From positions 32,001 through 96,000 of IMG/VR virus record IMGVR_UViG_3300032397_000003: a DNA stretch of 64,000 nucleotides. The stretch is one strand, 5' to 3'. The notes under the pieces are model-generated. The model made no database searches. It worked only from the letters and a program-made list of their open reading frames with translations, and had not been told where the DNA came from. Source of the stretch: a virus. Below, piece by piece: positions 32,331 through 41,907 of this stretch; the first letter of the stretch is position 1, and each line of letters begins with the position of its first letter. A program made the position numbers and the translations under genes.

Positions 32331-34349
32331 ATGTTTGAAAAATCAAGCATCAATCAGGCTGTTAATAGCGTCTACAAAACTCTTCAAAATCAGCTTATAA
32401 AAACATATGGGATTGAAGTAGAAGAGAGTGAAATAATTACAGATCAGATTCTTAAAGTACATGGTATGAGTAAAGAAGATTTTTCTGTTATAGATAAAAT
32501 AGAAAAGTTGATTTCAAATAAATTAAATGATGAATCAATTGACGATAATAGTAACAAAAATGAAAAAACTATAAAAGGGATAATGAAGGAGTCAATTGCT
32601 CCATTTGAAAAGATGACTGGATATAGATTTCTTTATAGAAAGATGGCAGAAATTTATGGAAAGAAAGAGGCTAAGCATCTTACATCTCTTATGTATGACT
32701 TTACTCTTGGATTATCCGATTCTACAAATATACTTGTACCGTATTGTTGGGCATTTGATGCTAGTAAACTTGTTACTCTTGGTAAACCCTTTGGACAGTT
32801 ACCTTCAAGTCCTACAAAAAGATTTGAATCATATACTTCATTATTAAATGAAGTAATACACCAGATGTCAAACCACGCTGCTGGAGCAATTGCTATAGGA
32901 ACTTTCTTTTTAGATATAGCTCATTTACTTTTAATGAAAGAGGGTAAGTGCTTAGAAGATTTGAAAGAACCTAAATATAGAAAAGTTATAATTAACCAGT
33001 ATCAAAAAGTTGTGCATGGTTTTAATTCTCTAAGTAGAAGTGGGGGAACAGAATCCCCCTTTACAAATATATCTTTATTCGATAGAGAGAAATTAAACAA
33101 ACTGGTTGTGGAAGAATACTCTTGGTATTATATGAATGAGGATGGAACATTCCCTATTGACTTAAATGATGTAATAGAATTTATTATGGAACTTCAGATT
33201 ATCTTTATGGAATTTTTTGATAAAGGTGATCCAATGAATGATGGAATGCCTTACAGATTTCCTGTTGCTACCCTCAATATATCAAAGAAGAAAGATAAAG
33301 ATGATAAATGGGTTATAGAAGATAAACATTTTCTTAAACAAGCCTGTAAGAAAGATATTTATAGATATAACATATTTGTAAGTGAGGGGAATAAAATAGC
33401 AAGTTGCTGTAGGCTTCTGAGCTGCCTAGATATGATTGATTTAGCATCACAAGCAAATAGTTTTGGCGCAGGAGGTTCTATTTCACTAGGGAGTCATAGA
33501 GTAATAACAATTAACTTTTCTAGACTTGCTTTAATATCCAAAACACCTGAAGAATTTTTAGAACTTATTAAGTTACATACAAATAATTGTAAAAAAATTC
33601 TAAAGTCTCATAAACAACTTTTACAGGATTCAAAAAAATCACATCAGTTTATTCAAATAGGTTGGATGCAATTAGAAAGAATGTTTTCAACATTAGGAAT
33701 TATGGGTTATATAGAAGCGCAAGATATTATGAAATCTAAATTTAAAGAATTAAAGAATGTTGATTATATGAAAGTATTCTTAGATTATTTTAATAATGAA
33801 GTTAACTCAAATAATGAAAATTTTATGGGGTGCCAATTCAATGTGGAGCAAATTCCAGGAGAGTCAATGTCACACAGATTACCAAGAGTTGACAAACTTA
33901 TCTTTGGAGAAAAGAGTGTTCCTTATGATATCTATGCAAATCAATTTGTATCACTAACTGATCAAAATCATACTTTATGGGAAAAGATGGAAATAGATGG
34001 TAAATATCTTACCGGACTTACCGGGGGTGGAATTTCACATATCAATACAGGTGAACATATTACAGCAAAACAAGCTGAGAGGATTATTAACTATGCAGTA
34101 GAGTGCAATTGTGAGCACTTCGCCATAACAGGAACATTCTGTCAGTGTGAAGATGGACATGTACTTATAGGGAATAGGGAGACTTGTGCCAAATGCGGAA
34201 AACCCATAAAAAGAAAAATTGCTAGGGTTGTTGGATTTTTTGTTCCTGTGGATGATATGAGCACTTATAAAAAAATATATGATCATGACAGAAGAAAAGA
34301 ATTTACAAATGGAGATTTTGATTATGATAATATTCAGAAAGTTCAGTGA
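32331..34349 (+). CDS. nrdD: Class III anaerobic ribonucleotide reductase
   Basis: PYC, ESPFTN, ASCCRL, EQIPGES, GGGISH, CxxC, RVVGF glycyl-radical motif. Confidence 0.93.
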   Translation: MFEKSSINQAVNSVYKTLQNQLIKTYGIEVEESEIITDQILKVHGMSKEDFSVIDKIEKLISNKLNDESIDDNSNKNEKTIKGIMKESIAPFEKMTGYRFLYRKMAEIYGKKEAKHLTSLMYDFTLGLSDSTNILVPYCWAFDASKLVTLGKPFGQLPSSPTKRFESYTSLLNEVIHQMSNHAAGAIAIGTFFLDIAHLLLMKEGKCLEDLKEPKYRKVIINQYQKVVHGFNSLSRSGGTESPFTNISLFDREKLNKLVVEEYSWYYMNEDGTFPIDLNDVIEFIMELQIIFMEFFDKGDPMNDGMPYRFPVATLNISKKKDKDDKWVIEDKHFLKQACKKDIYRYNIFVSEGNKIASCCRLLSCLDMIDLASQANSFGAGGSISLGSHRVITINFSRLALISKTPEEFLELIKLHTNNCKKILKSHKQLLQDSKKSHQFIQIGWMQLERMFSTLGIMGYIEAQDIMKSKFKELKNVDYMKVFLDYFNNEVNSNNENFMGCQFNVEQIPGESMSHRLPRVDKLIFGEKSVPYDIYANQFVSLTDQNHTLWEKMEIDGKYLTGLTGGGISHINTGEHITAKQAERIINYAVECNCEHFAITGTFCQCEDGHVLIGNRETCAKCGKPIKRKIARVVGFFVPVDDMSTYKKIYDHDRRKEFTNGDFDYDNIQKVQ

Positions 34350-34607
34350 TATTAAATTCTCAGATATACTAATAATTATACAGGAATTGATAAGTAGATG
34401 CAAAAAGAATTAAAAGGTAAAATAGTAAAAGTTTATATTGATCCAGAAACAAAAAGAGAGTATGAAGGGGATGGTAGAATAGAAAGGGTTATAAAACAAT
34501 TCACAGATGATTTATTTTATTGTGATATTAGTTTTCCCGATGATTATTTTTCTACCACTATTGATGTAAATGATGTACTTTACTAAAATAAAAAAGGAGT
34601 TAAGAAA

Positions 34608-35210
34608 ATGGACAATAGTTTGTTACATAATTTTATAGAAAATTATATGGCTGATCATAATCTTCCAATGGATGAAATTACTTTAGTTGGAATTAGAGAT
34701 TCAAAAGATCAGGATAAAGATGCTATCAATGATCAACTTGGATTTATTACTAAAACAGAATTGTTTCTTTGTAAAGGTACAACAGAACCCGGAGTATATT
34801 GGGTAAAGGATAAAGTAGAAAGAAATAAACAAGGTACTTTTCATTTGAACGAAGGATTTCATGAAGCTATTTGGAGTATAGGAATTCATAAAGGATATGA
34901 AGCACTTACAAATCAATATCCTCAATGTAAACCAACTAAAGGTTGGAGAGATGTCAATTATGATTTTACTAAAGATGCTAAAGATGTTCAAGTGTGTGAT
35001 TATTTTGGAATAAATTTTCATAGAATGCATCCTATATCAATAGTAGATAAGGTAGGGAAATACTCCGCTGGATGCCAAGTAGTACAGGATGCTAAAAATT
35101 TAAAATATATTTTAGATACAATAAAAAATACTCAGATGTATAAAGGAACATCTAAGAAAACTGTATTTAATTATTTATTGTTCACTATTGATCAATTACC
35201 AAAAATTTAG
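34608..35210 (+). CDS. Putative peptidoglycan hydrolase/endolysin (YkuD-like His/Cys motif)
   Basis: LVGIR, GTTEPG, GINFH...SAGCQV. Confidence 0.55.
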   Translation: MDNSLLHNFIENYMADHNLPMDEITLVGIRDSKDQDKDAINDQLGFITKTELFLCKGTTEPGVYWVKDKVERNKQGTFHLNEGFHEAIWSIGIHKGYEALTNQYPQCKPTKGWRDVNYDFTKDAKDVQVCDYFGINFHRMHPISIVDKVGKYSAGCQVVQDAKNLKYILDTIKNTQMYKGTSKKTVFNYLLFTIDQLPKI

Positions 35211-35216
35211 TTCACA

Positions 35217-35263
35217 TGTGGATATGGATACAAATATTATTCCCCCTCTGTATTCTATCCACA
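35217..35263 (+). terminator. Hairpin after the putative endolysin
   Basis: TGTGGATA...TATCCACA inverted repeat with inner GGATACA/TGTATTC. Confidence 0.5.
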
Positions 35264-35368
35264 ATAATTTATATAATTTTTTCTCAATTTGATATAAATA
35301 ATTTTTAATTATTGACATTTTTTCTATATATTATACTTGTAAGATAAATTTAAATAAGGATATCAAAT

Positions 35369-35725
35369 ATGAATATATCAGTAACTGGTTCACGTTCTAT
35401 CGAAAATTATAACTGGTTTAAATTAGAATTAGAATCTATCATAAAAGAATATAATGAAATTACTTTTATATCTGGGGGAGCGAGAGGTATTGATTCTTTT
35501 ATTAAAAAATATTGCATAGATAATAATTTTAAAATAAATGAAATTCTACCTGATTGGGATAAATTTGGTAAATCCGCTGGGATTATTAGAAACAAAAAAA
35601 TTATAGAAGATTCTGATTTTAATATAATTTTTTGGGATGGAAAAAGTAAAGGCTCAAAGTTTAATATTGATTATTGTATTAAAAATAATAAGAAACACAA
35701 GGTAATTATATATGAAAAGATATAA
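35369..35725 (+). CDS. SLOG-family (YspA/DUF2493-like) protein
   Basis: VTGSR, ISGGARGID, PDW..GKSAG..RN, FWDGKSKGS. Confidence 0.85.
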   Translation: MNISVTGSRSIENYNWFKLELESIIKEYNEITFISGGARGIDSFIKKYCIDNNFKINEILPDWDKFGKSAGIIRNKKIIEDSDFNIIFWDGKSKGSKFNIDYCIKNNKKHKVIIYEKI

Positions 35726-36431
35726 AAGAAATTTAGATGAAGGTTTATCTATAATAGATGATAAACTAGTTTTTGATTATTCTAATGATTCTGGACTTAG
35801 AGTAGCTTTAGGAACTAAACAGTTTAAATTTAAACCCTATAAAACTAAAGTGGATGATTATTCTATAATATCTTTATATCAAGTAACATCAGAGGATAAA
35901 GTTATTTTAAGAACATTAAAAAATGAAACATCTATTCAAGTAGATAAAAAAGACTTAGATTATTTTGCAAATCGTAGTGCTTTATATGCTTTTCAACAAA
36001 TCCCAGAAGAAATTGATATAATATTATTTAGTGAAAACAGTTACTATTTATTTGATAGTTTTATTAAAAAGTTAGAATCTAGGTTCTCTTCAAAAGTTAT
36101 TGCTATATCTCAAAGTATTTATAAAACAACTACAGATAATTTAAAAATTAAAGACGATGCGCCCATTAAGTATTTAAAGGATTTACAAATACTTTTAACT
36201 TCATTAAAAAAGAAAGATACTATTAAATTGAGAAATGATATTCCTTTAAAATTTAGAAAGTATTTTACAGGATTTATTTCTATAAGAAATGGTGTTCAAT
36301 TTGAAAATAAAAATATTCTAATTGTAGATGATATATTAACTACTGGAAGTACGTTTTTAGAATTATTTGAAGTTTTAAAAATAAGAGGTGCATCTAATAT
36401 TTATGGATTAACTTTATTTAAATTTAGGTAA
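35712..36431 (+). CDS. Type I phosphoribosyltransferase-domain protein with MKRYKR leader
   Basis: PRPP loop ILIVDDILTTGST. Confidence 0.8.
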   Translation: MKRYKRNLDEGLSIIDDKLVFDYSNDSGLRVALGTKQFKFKPYKTKVDDYSIISLYQVTSEDKVILRTLKNETSIQVDKKDLDYFANRSALYAFQQIPEEIDIILFSENSYYLFDSFIKKLESRFSSKVIAISQSIYKTTTDNLKIKDDAPIKYLKDLQILLTSLKKKDTIKLRNDIPLKFRKYFTGFISIRNGVQFENKNILIVDDILTTGSTFLELFEVLKIRGASNIYGLTLFKFR

Positions 36432-36504
36432 AAAATATTTAATTTTATCGAAAATTTCTATATATTATAGGTATAGAAAAGAAAAATAACTAAGGAGAAA
36501 TAAT

Positions 36505-37295
36505 ATGTCAGTAGAATTAAAAGTTTTATCAGAAAAGGAAATTGGTCTTGAACTTGTAAGATTAAACTCTATTATAAAAGAGTTGGAAGATACCTATACT
36601 ACTTATATAGGAGAATTAAAATCAAGGGGATTGAAGGAAGCATTATACTTTCCTGATTTTGAAATGAAAGTATCTCCTACAGATGGTAAAGCATCTTCTG
36701 ATTATGATGTTGTAGAGATTCATAATGAGATGGCGAAAGAAGGAATGAATATTCTAATGCAGTTTCCAAAGATTGTAAAGATCAATAAGAAACAGGCAGA
36801 AGAACTTGAACCAGTAGAAGTAAGAAATACTGTTCTTTCAATACTTTTAAAAAATGTAAAAGTAACTCCTGGTACCCCAAGTATTAGTGTTTCTAAAATG
36901 AATCTTAAAGAACAAAAAGAACACCCGAAAGAGGTAATTTAATGCAAAGGAAAAAGAAAGGATTTAGTATTGAATTGTATACGAAACATGATACTGAAGA
37001 GTATGTAATTTATTTTGAAGAAAAATGTTATCCGAGGAGTAAAAAGGAAATTGTATTTTGTTACATTCAAGATTCTTTTTTAGATGATTTTACTTTTAAA
37101 GGTAAAGCTGTATGTCATAAGGATGATACCTACAGTTTGTCTACTGGAAGAGATATTGCTTTTCATAGAGCTTTAGAAAAAAGAGATGAGTATTATAGAA
37201 AAATGCAACTTCGTATTTCTAAAGTTATAAATGATGCTATGAAACATAATGTAAGTATTGAGAAGACATTTAACGCTTTCAATAGAAAAAACTAA
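36505..37295 (+). CDS. Two hypothetical genes (36505-36942, 36942-37295)
   Basis: Class-A promoter at 36456, RBS. Confidence 0.65.
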
Positions 37296-37301
37296 TAAAC
37301 A

Positions 37302-37379
37302 GGGAGGGTGCTGGAAGGTGGTTAGACAGCGTCCGATACAAAGGATGGAGTATTATTGGTTCGAATCCAATCCCTCCCA
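37302..37379 (+). tRNA. Atypical tRNA with 8-nt anticodon loop GATACAAA (ACA after the U; Cys-like or undetermined)
   Basis: Acceptor GGGAGGG/CCCTCCC, T-arm ATTGG-TTCGAAT-CCAAT, D-arm CTG...CAG, anticodon stem CGTCC/GGATG. Confidence 0.7.
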
Positions 37380-37402
37380 AATCAAAATAATAAAGAGGTA
37401 AT

Positions 37403-37615
37403 ATGGCTATTACAAACAAAGCAGGTGAAAAAGTATCAGCACAAAGTTACGCCAAAGAAATTCTTAAGGAGTATTTAGATAATTTCAAACTTGAATCAAC
37501 AGAAAAATTTTCAGAACTCAAAAGAACAGAACCAATGAAAGTGCAAGCATTTGTAGATAAGCTTAAAATAAGAATTGATAAGATTCTTATGGAAAAAGTT
37601 AAGGAGAATAAATAA
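37403..37615 (+). CDS. Small hypothetical protein between the tRNAs
   Basis: GAGG RBS. Confidence 0.65.
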   Translation: MAITNKAGEKVSAQSYAKEILKEYLDNFKLESTEKFSELKRTEPMKVQAFVDKLKIRIDKILMEKVKENK

Positions 37616-37620
37616 TAGAT

Positions 37621-37696
37621 CGCGGGACAAACAGTATTAGTGCTGTAACGGTTTCATAAGTCGTAATTGGTGAAGGTGCAGTTCCTTCTCCCGCTA
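37621..37696 (+). tRNA. tRNA with CAT anticodon (Met/fMet-like), degenerate D and T loops
   Basis: Acceptor CGCGGGA/TCCCGCT with 1:72 mismatch, ACGGT-TTCATAA-GTCGT, GAAGG-TGCAGTT-CCTTC. Confidence 0.7.
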
Positions 37697-37718
37697 ATTT
37701 TAAAAATAGGAGAATTAA

Positions 37719-38150
37719 ATGCTTGAGATAAAAATTAAATATCATGTAGAAGATTTAGTTAAGCTAGAAAAGATAGACAAAGGAGATTGGATAGATTTAA
37801 GAGCTTCAAGGGATTATAATTTATTTAAAGGTAATTTTGAACTAATTGATCTTGGGGTATCCATTAAAATACCCAAAGGATATGAAGCTCATCTTGTACC
37901 AAGAAGTTCTACTTTAAAAAACTTTGGAGTAATTCAGTCGAATAGTATGGGTATAATTGATGAAAGCTATTCAGGTGAGAATGATCGCTGGATGATGCCA
38001 GTAGAAGTAAAAAGAGATACTATAATTAAAAAAAATGATAGGGTATGTCAGTTTAGAATTATAGAAAAGATGCCTGAAGTTACTTTTGTTGAAGTAGATA
38101 ACATGGAAGATGAATCAAGAGGTGGTTTTGGATCAACAGGTACTAACTAA
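37719..38150 (+). CDS. dut: Trimeric dUTPase
   Basis: [30 protein letters not shown]. Confidence 0.95.
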   Translation: MLEIKIKYHVEDLVKLEKIDKGDWIDLRASRDYNLFKGNFELIDLGVSIKIPKGYEAHLVPRSSTLKNFGVIQSNSMGIIDESYSGENDRWMMPVEVKRDTIIKKNDRVCQFRIIEKMPEVTFVEVDNMEDESRGGFGSTGTN

Positions 38151-38306
38151 ATGGAGAATGGAATGGAACTATCAGATAAAGAAGCTAATAAGATTTATTG
38201 GGAAGATAAACATGAAAAGTGTAAACAATGTACAAATAAATGTAAACAAAGTTCAAAAGTAATTCAAATAATATGTCCAAGATTTGAAAAGAAAGGAGAA
38301 TAATAA

Positions 38307-38723
38307 TTGCAAGAATATAAAATTATAAAACAAGTTCTACTTGATTATGTAGATGAAGAAACAATATTTTATGAAGAAGAGGAAAATTGTTTTTATTTTC
38401 TTTTTGGGGTATTAGGAGAATATGATGAAGTATGGTCGATATCTTTTGACTTGACTTTACTACCAACTTCAAGGGAAATGTTAATAGCATGTAATCTTAT
38501 TATAGATTTAATGAACCGTCAAATTATGTGCCAGATGGATAGTCCCTTCTATTCTATATTTACCTCAGATGGTGTATGTAAAGATTTACTATGGGATTCT
38601 GATATATACAAAGAAATGCAAGAATCTAAAGAGAATTATGAAGTAGTAAAAGAAAGACTAACTAAAAAAATATTAGATGTTATATCAGAAGAGGTTAAAC
38701 CTGATATATCAAATGCTCATTAA
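38307..38723 (+). CDS. Hypothetical protein
   Basis: ORF track, RBS. Confidence 0.55.
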   Translation: MQEYKIIKQVLLDYVDEETIFYEEEENCFYFLFGVLGEYDEVWSISFDLTLLPTSREMLIACNLIIDLMNRQIMCQMDSPFYSIFTSDGVCKDLLWDSDIYKEMQESKENYEVVKERLTKKILDVISEEVKPDISNAH

Positions 38724-38734
38724 GGATAAGAATT

Positions 38735-39016
38735 ATGGAAGAAAATACTCAAGCAAAAATAGATAGACTTATGTTTAACTTTGGAGAATTTCTAAAGGAG
38801 AAAAATAGAAGATATGGAGATGCTGCAATTTCCCCTATTCAAATATTTTCTAAGACAGAAGCGGATAATCAAATATGTTCTCGTATAGATGATAAGCTAA
38901 ATAGAATTAAAAATGCTTCTGAAATAAAGAAAAACGATTTGAGCGATCTTTTTGGATACTGCGCCCTTTTACTTATTCAAAAAGATTGGATAACATTTGA
39001 GGAGTTTTTAGATTGA
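38735..39016 (+). CDS. Nucleotide-modification-associated domain 1 (Nmad1/DUF1599-like) protein
   Basis: KNRRYGD...RIDDKLNRI...DLFGY. Confidence 0.65.
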   Translation: MEENTQAKIDRLMFNFGEFLKEKNRRYGDAAISPIQIFSKTEADNQICSRIDDKLNRIKNASEIKKNDLSDLFGYCALLLIQKDWITFEEFLD

Positions 39017-39687
39017 TTAAAATAATAAATATCACAAATAACCCTCTTTCTCTAATGGGAGAGGTTGCTTCAACTTGTTGGGGTAGTAAAGGATCAAAAC
39101 AAATCGGAATAGATTGTATAACAAGTGGACATCATAGAGTAATGGAATATCCAGATATGACTATTGAGATATCTGGATACAGTGCTAGAATGATTCGTGA
39201 GCTGTATACTCATATAGTTGGGACTACGAGGTTACAAGAATCAACAAGATATATTGATTGTGAAAATTTTGGATATTATCTACCAGATTCAATATTAAAC
39301 TATAAAGATAATGGTACTGCAAATAATCCTTTAACCATATATAATGGACTTATGAAAGTTATAAGAGAAAGCTACAAAGAACTTATTGATTATGGAATTC
39401 CAAAACAGGATGTAGCAAATATTCTTCCTCTTGGTATGCATAGCAAAATCGTACTCAAAATCAATTTAAGAGCGTTACTTCATATGGCTGAACTGAGACT
39501 ATGTAAAAGAGCATTACCAGAATTTCAAGATTTTATGAATGAACTTTTTCATATATTAAAGCGTGTAGATTCTGAATGGGATTATATAATGTTCAATTAT
39601 TATAAACCTAAGTGTGAAGTGATTGGTTATTGCATAGAAAAAAATAGTTGTGGAATTATACCAATGAAAGAGGATATAATAAGTTGA
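39013..39687 (+). CDS. thyX: FAD-dependent thymidylate synthase
   Basis: GH.RVME, RELYTH...LQESTRY, LPLG, INLRAL, LRLCKRA. Confidence 0.85.
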   Translation: MIKIINITNNPLSLMGEVASTCWGSKGSKQIGIDCITSGHHRVMEYPDMTIEISGYSARMIRELYTHIVGTTRLQESTRYIDCENFGYYLPDSILNYKDNGTANNPLTIYNGLMKVIRESYKELIDYGIPKQDVANILPLGMHSKIVLKINLRALLHMAELRLCKRALPEFQDFMNELFHILKRVDSEWDYIMFNYYKPKCEVIGYCIEKNSCGIIPMKEDIIS

Positions 39688-41357
39688 TAATAAATGACAA
39701 TATATTTACAGTTTTACCAACGATAGAGGAGTGTTCACAGAATCTAATATTTTCTGACCCGCCTTATAATCTTTCATCTAAATGGAAATTACAAAATGAT
39801 AGAGTAGTCCTTGATGGTAAAGGTCGAGACTTTATGAATAAATGGGATGGGCTTTCTGATATAGATTTAGAAACTATGTTTGAAGAATTTTATAGAATTC
39901 TTAAACATGGTGGATTTTGTTGTATGTGGTCACTTTCAAGACAGCACTTGCCCTTCTTATATTATAGTAATAAAGCAGGATTTGAAAACTTACAATCTAT
40001 TTCATCTTATTTTATTTCATCTTTTCCTAAAGCTATGGATTTAAGTAAAATGTTAGATAAACATTATGGAGAAGAAAGAGAAGTTATAGGTAAAAGATTT
40101 AATGGTAAAGGTTCTGATAGTAACAGTGGTATTTATGCTATGAATAATGGTGATAGCCAACTAACAAAAGATATAGATATAGCATCTAGTCATCTAGCTA
40201 AAAAATATGATGGTTATAAATCTTCAATTTGTCCCTTGAAGGAAGTTTCGGAAACTCTTCTTGTATTTAGGAAACCTTTTAAGTATAAGTCAATCATTAC
40301 TGATATTGTAGCGAAAGAAGAAAATAATGAAACTGATATACATGGAGTTGGAATAAATATAGATGGGAATAGAGTGGGGTTTACGAGTAATGATGATTCA
40401 AGGGTAGACAAAAATTATAACCATAAAGCAAAAGCGGGATTAGAATTTGAAAAAGATAATTATAAAGGAGAAGAACAAACTTTATATTCTCAAAATGGAA
40501 GATACCCTTCAAATTTATATCTTATAGATGGATTTAATTATGCACCAGAACAGATAAAAGAAATACTTACAAATAAACAATTTAACATATTAGAAAATAT
40601 AGGGATAGATATAGAACCTCTTCAATATATGTTAGAAGAAAAACAGATAGAATATGTATGTAACTATCTCGATAAGTTTGAAATAAGTAAAGTGCTAGAT
40701 GAACAAAGTGGTATTTTACGAAGTGGTTCTATGGAGGATACTAGTGGATATAGTTCATTTTATTTTAGAGAAGTTGAAAATAGAGATAGGACTACTATAC
40801 ATGCTAATCATTATGAAGGGTGTTCACGAATTTTACATAAGTGTAAATACGAATTGAATGAATTTAATATTTTTAACTATACTACTAAGGTTTCAAGTTT
40901 TGAGAGAAATGCAGGGTGTGACAAGTTAGATGATTTAAAAATAGAACAATCCAATGCTAATGTTATAGGATTAAAAAATAATATTAATACTTCTTCTGGA
41001 AAAGAAAGATTAGTTAAAGAGTTTGTAAAAAATAATCATCCGACACTAAAAAACATGAATTTACAGTACAAGCTTATGAATTTATTTCTATGTCCCAAAG
41101 AAGATATAAAAGATTTTAAAATACTTATCCCTTTTTGTGGTGTTCAATCTGAATATATTCCGGCTATAGCTTTAGGAATACTAGAAGAAAATATAACAGG
41201 TATAGAAATATCAAAAAAGTATTGTGAAATAGGCGATGCAAGAAAAGAATATTGGATTAAACATAATTTTTATTTTAAAGAAGATAAAAAAGAAAAAGAA
41301 GAACTAAAGAATGAAGCTATAAAGAAAGATTCTGGTTTAAATAAAAAATTATTTTAA
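39648..41357 (+). CDS. Amino (N6A/N4C) DNA methyltransferase, beta class, large insertion; likely start TTG 39684
   Basis: SDPPY, FPKAMD, GRYPSN, NHPTLK, divergent PFCG motif I. Confidence 0.8.
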   Translation: MWNYTNERGYNKLIINDNIFTVLPTIEECSQNLIFSDPPYNLSSKWKLQNDRVVLDGKGRDFMNKWDGLSDIDLETMFEEFYRILKHGGFCCMWSLSRQHLPFLYYSNKAGFENLQSISSYFISSFPKAMDLSKMLDKHYGEEREVIGKRFNGKGSDSNSGIYAMNNGDSQLTKDIDIASSHLAKKYDGYKSSICPLKEVSETLLVFRKPFKYKSIITDIVAKEENNETDIHGVGINIDGNRVGFTSNDDSRVDKNYNHKAKAGLEFEKDNYKGEEQTLYSQNGRYPSNLYLIDGFNYAPEQIKEILTNKQFNILENIGIDIEPLQYMLEEKQIEYVCNYLDKFEISKVLDEQSGILRSGSMEDTSGYSSFYFREVENRDRTTIHANHYEGCSRILHKCKYELNEFNIFNYTTKVSSFERNAGCDKLDDLKIEQSNANVIGLKNNINTSSGKERLVKEFVKNNHPTLKNMNLQYKLMNLFLCPKEDIKDFKILIPFCGVQSEYIPAIALGILEENITGIEISKKYCEIGDARKEYWIKHNFYFKEDKKEKEELKNEAIKKDSGLNKKLF

Positions 41358-41404
41358 TTTTGGTTAAATTTTCTATATATTATAAATAATAAAACTAAGG
41401 AGAA

Positions 41405-41898
41405 ATGAATTTGAATACACAAGAATACACCGGAACAGATATTATTGATAGTCTTCGTTTTTACTATATGCTAAGTACCTATCTCATCTCAAGAGAGAAT
41501 ACTGAATATGAATCATCTCAGAGTCTTAATTCATTTATTCGAGAATGTTTATCTAAAATTGATAATAAAACATTTAGTCATTATACTGAAGTAGCTTATA
41601 CTACCCTTCCAGCTGAGTTCTTATCTTTTATGGAAATATCCTCAAAAGGTGATAGAGACCAAGTAATGTTCAAGGAAGTTAAAGTTATATGATTTTAAAG
41701 GAGCAAGAAAAATTTGTTAGAAAATTTAATAAGTTATTAAAGAGTAGTGAAAAAAATATTATATCTATAAGTATAGATAAAGATCAATATACTATTAAAT
41801 TTATAAATGGACAAATTTTTAAATTTAAGTTTTATTTGCCTATAGACATGATACCTTTTATACCCATACATAAAACTTACAAAAAATTATTATTTTAG
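41405..41898 (+). CDS. Two small hypothetical genes (41405-41692, 41689-41898)
   Basis: Class-A promoter at 41371. Confidence 0.6.
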
Positions 41899-41907
41899 GA
41901 TTATACA

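Noticed and set aside
35207-35215. TTAGTTCAC identical to the IS right-end terminus
   Set aside because: No RE hairpin or tnpB remnant upstream; probably chance
35217-35263. Inverted DnaA-box-like pair (TGTGGATAT / CTATCCACA) as an origin
   Set aside because: Only two 8/9 matches forming the arms of a hairpin right after a stop codon; a terminator is simpler
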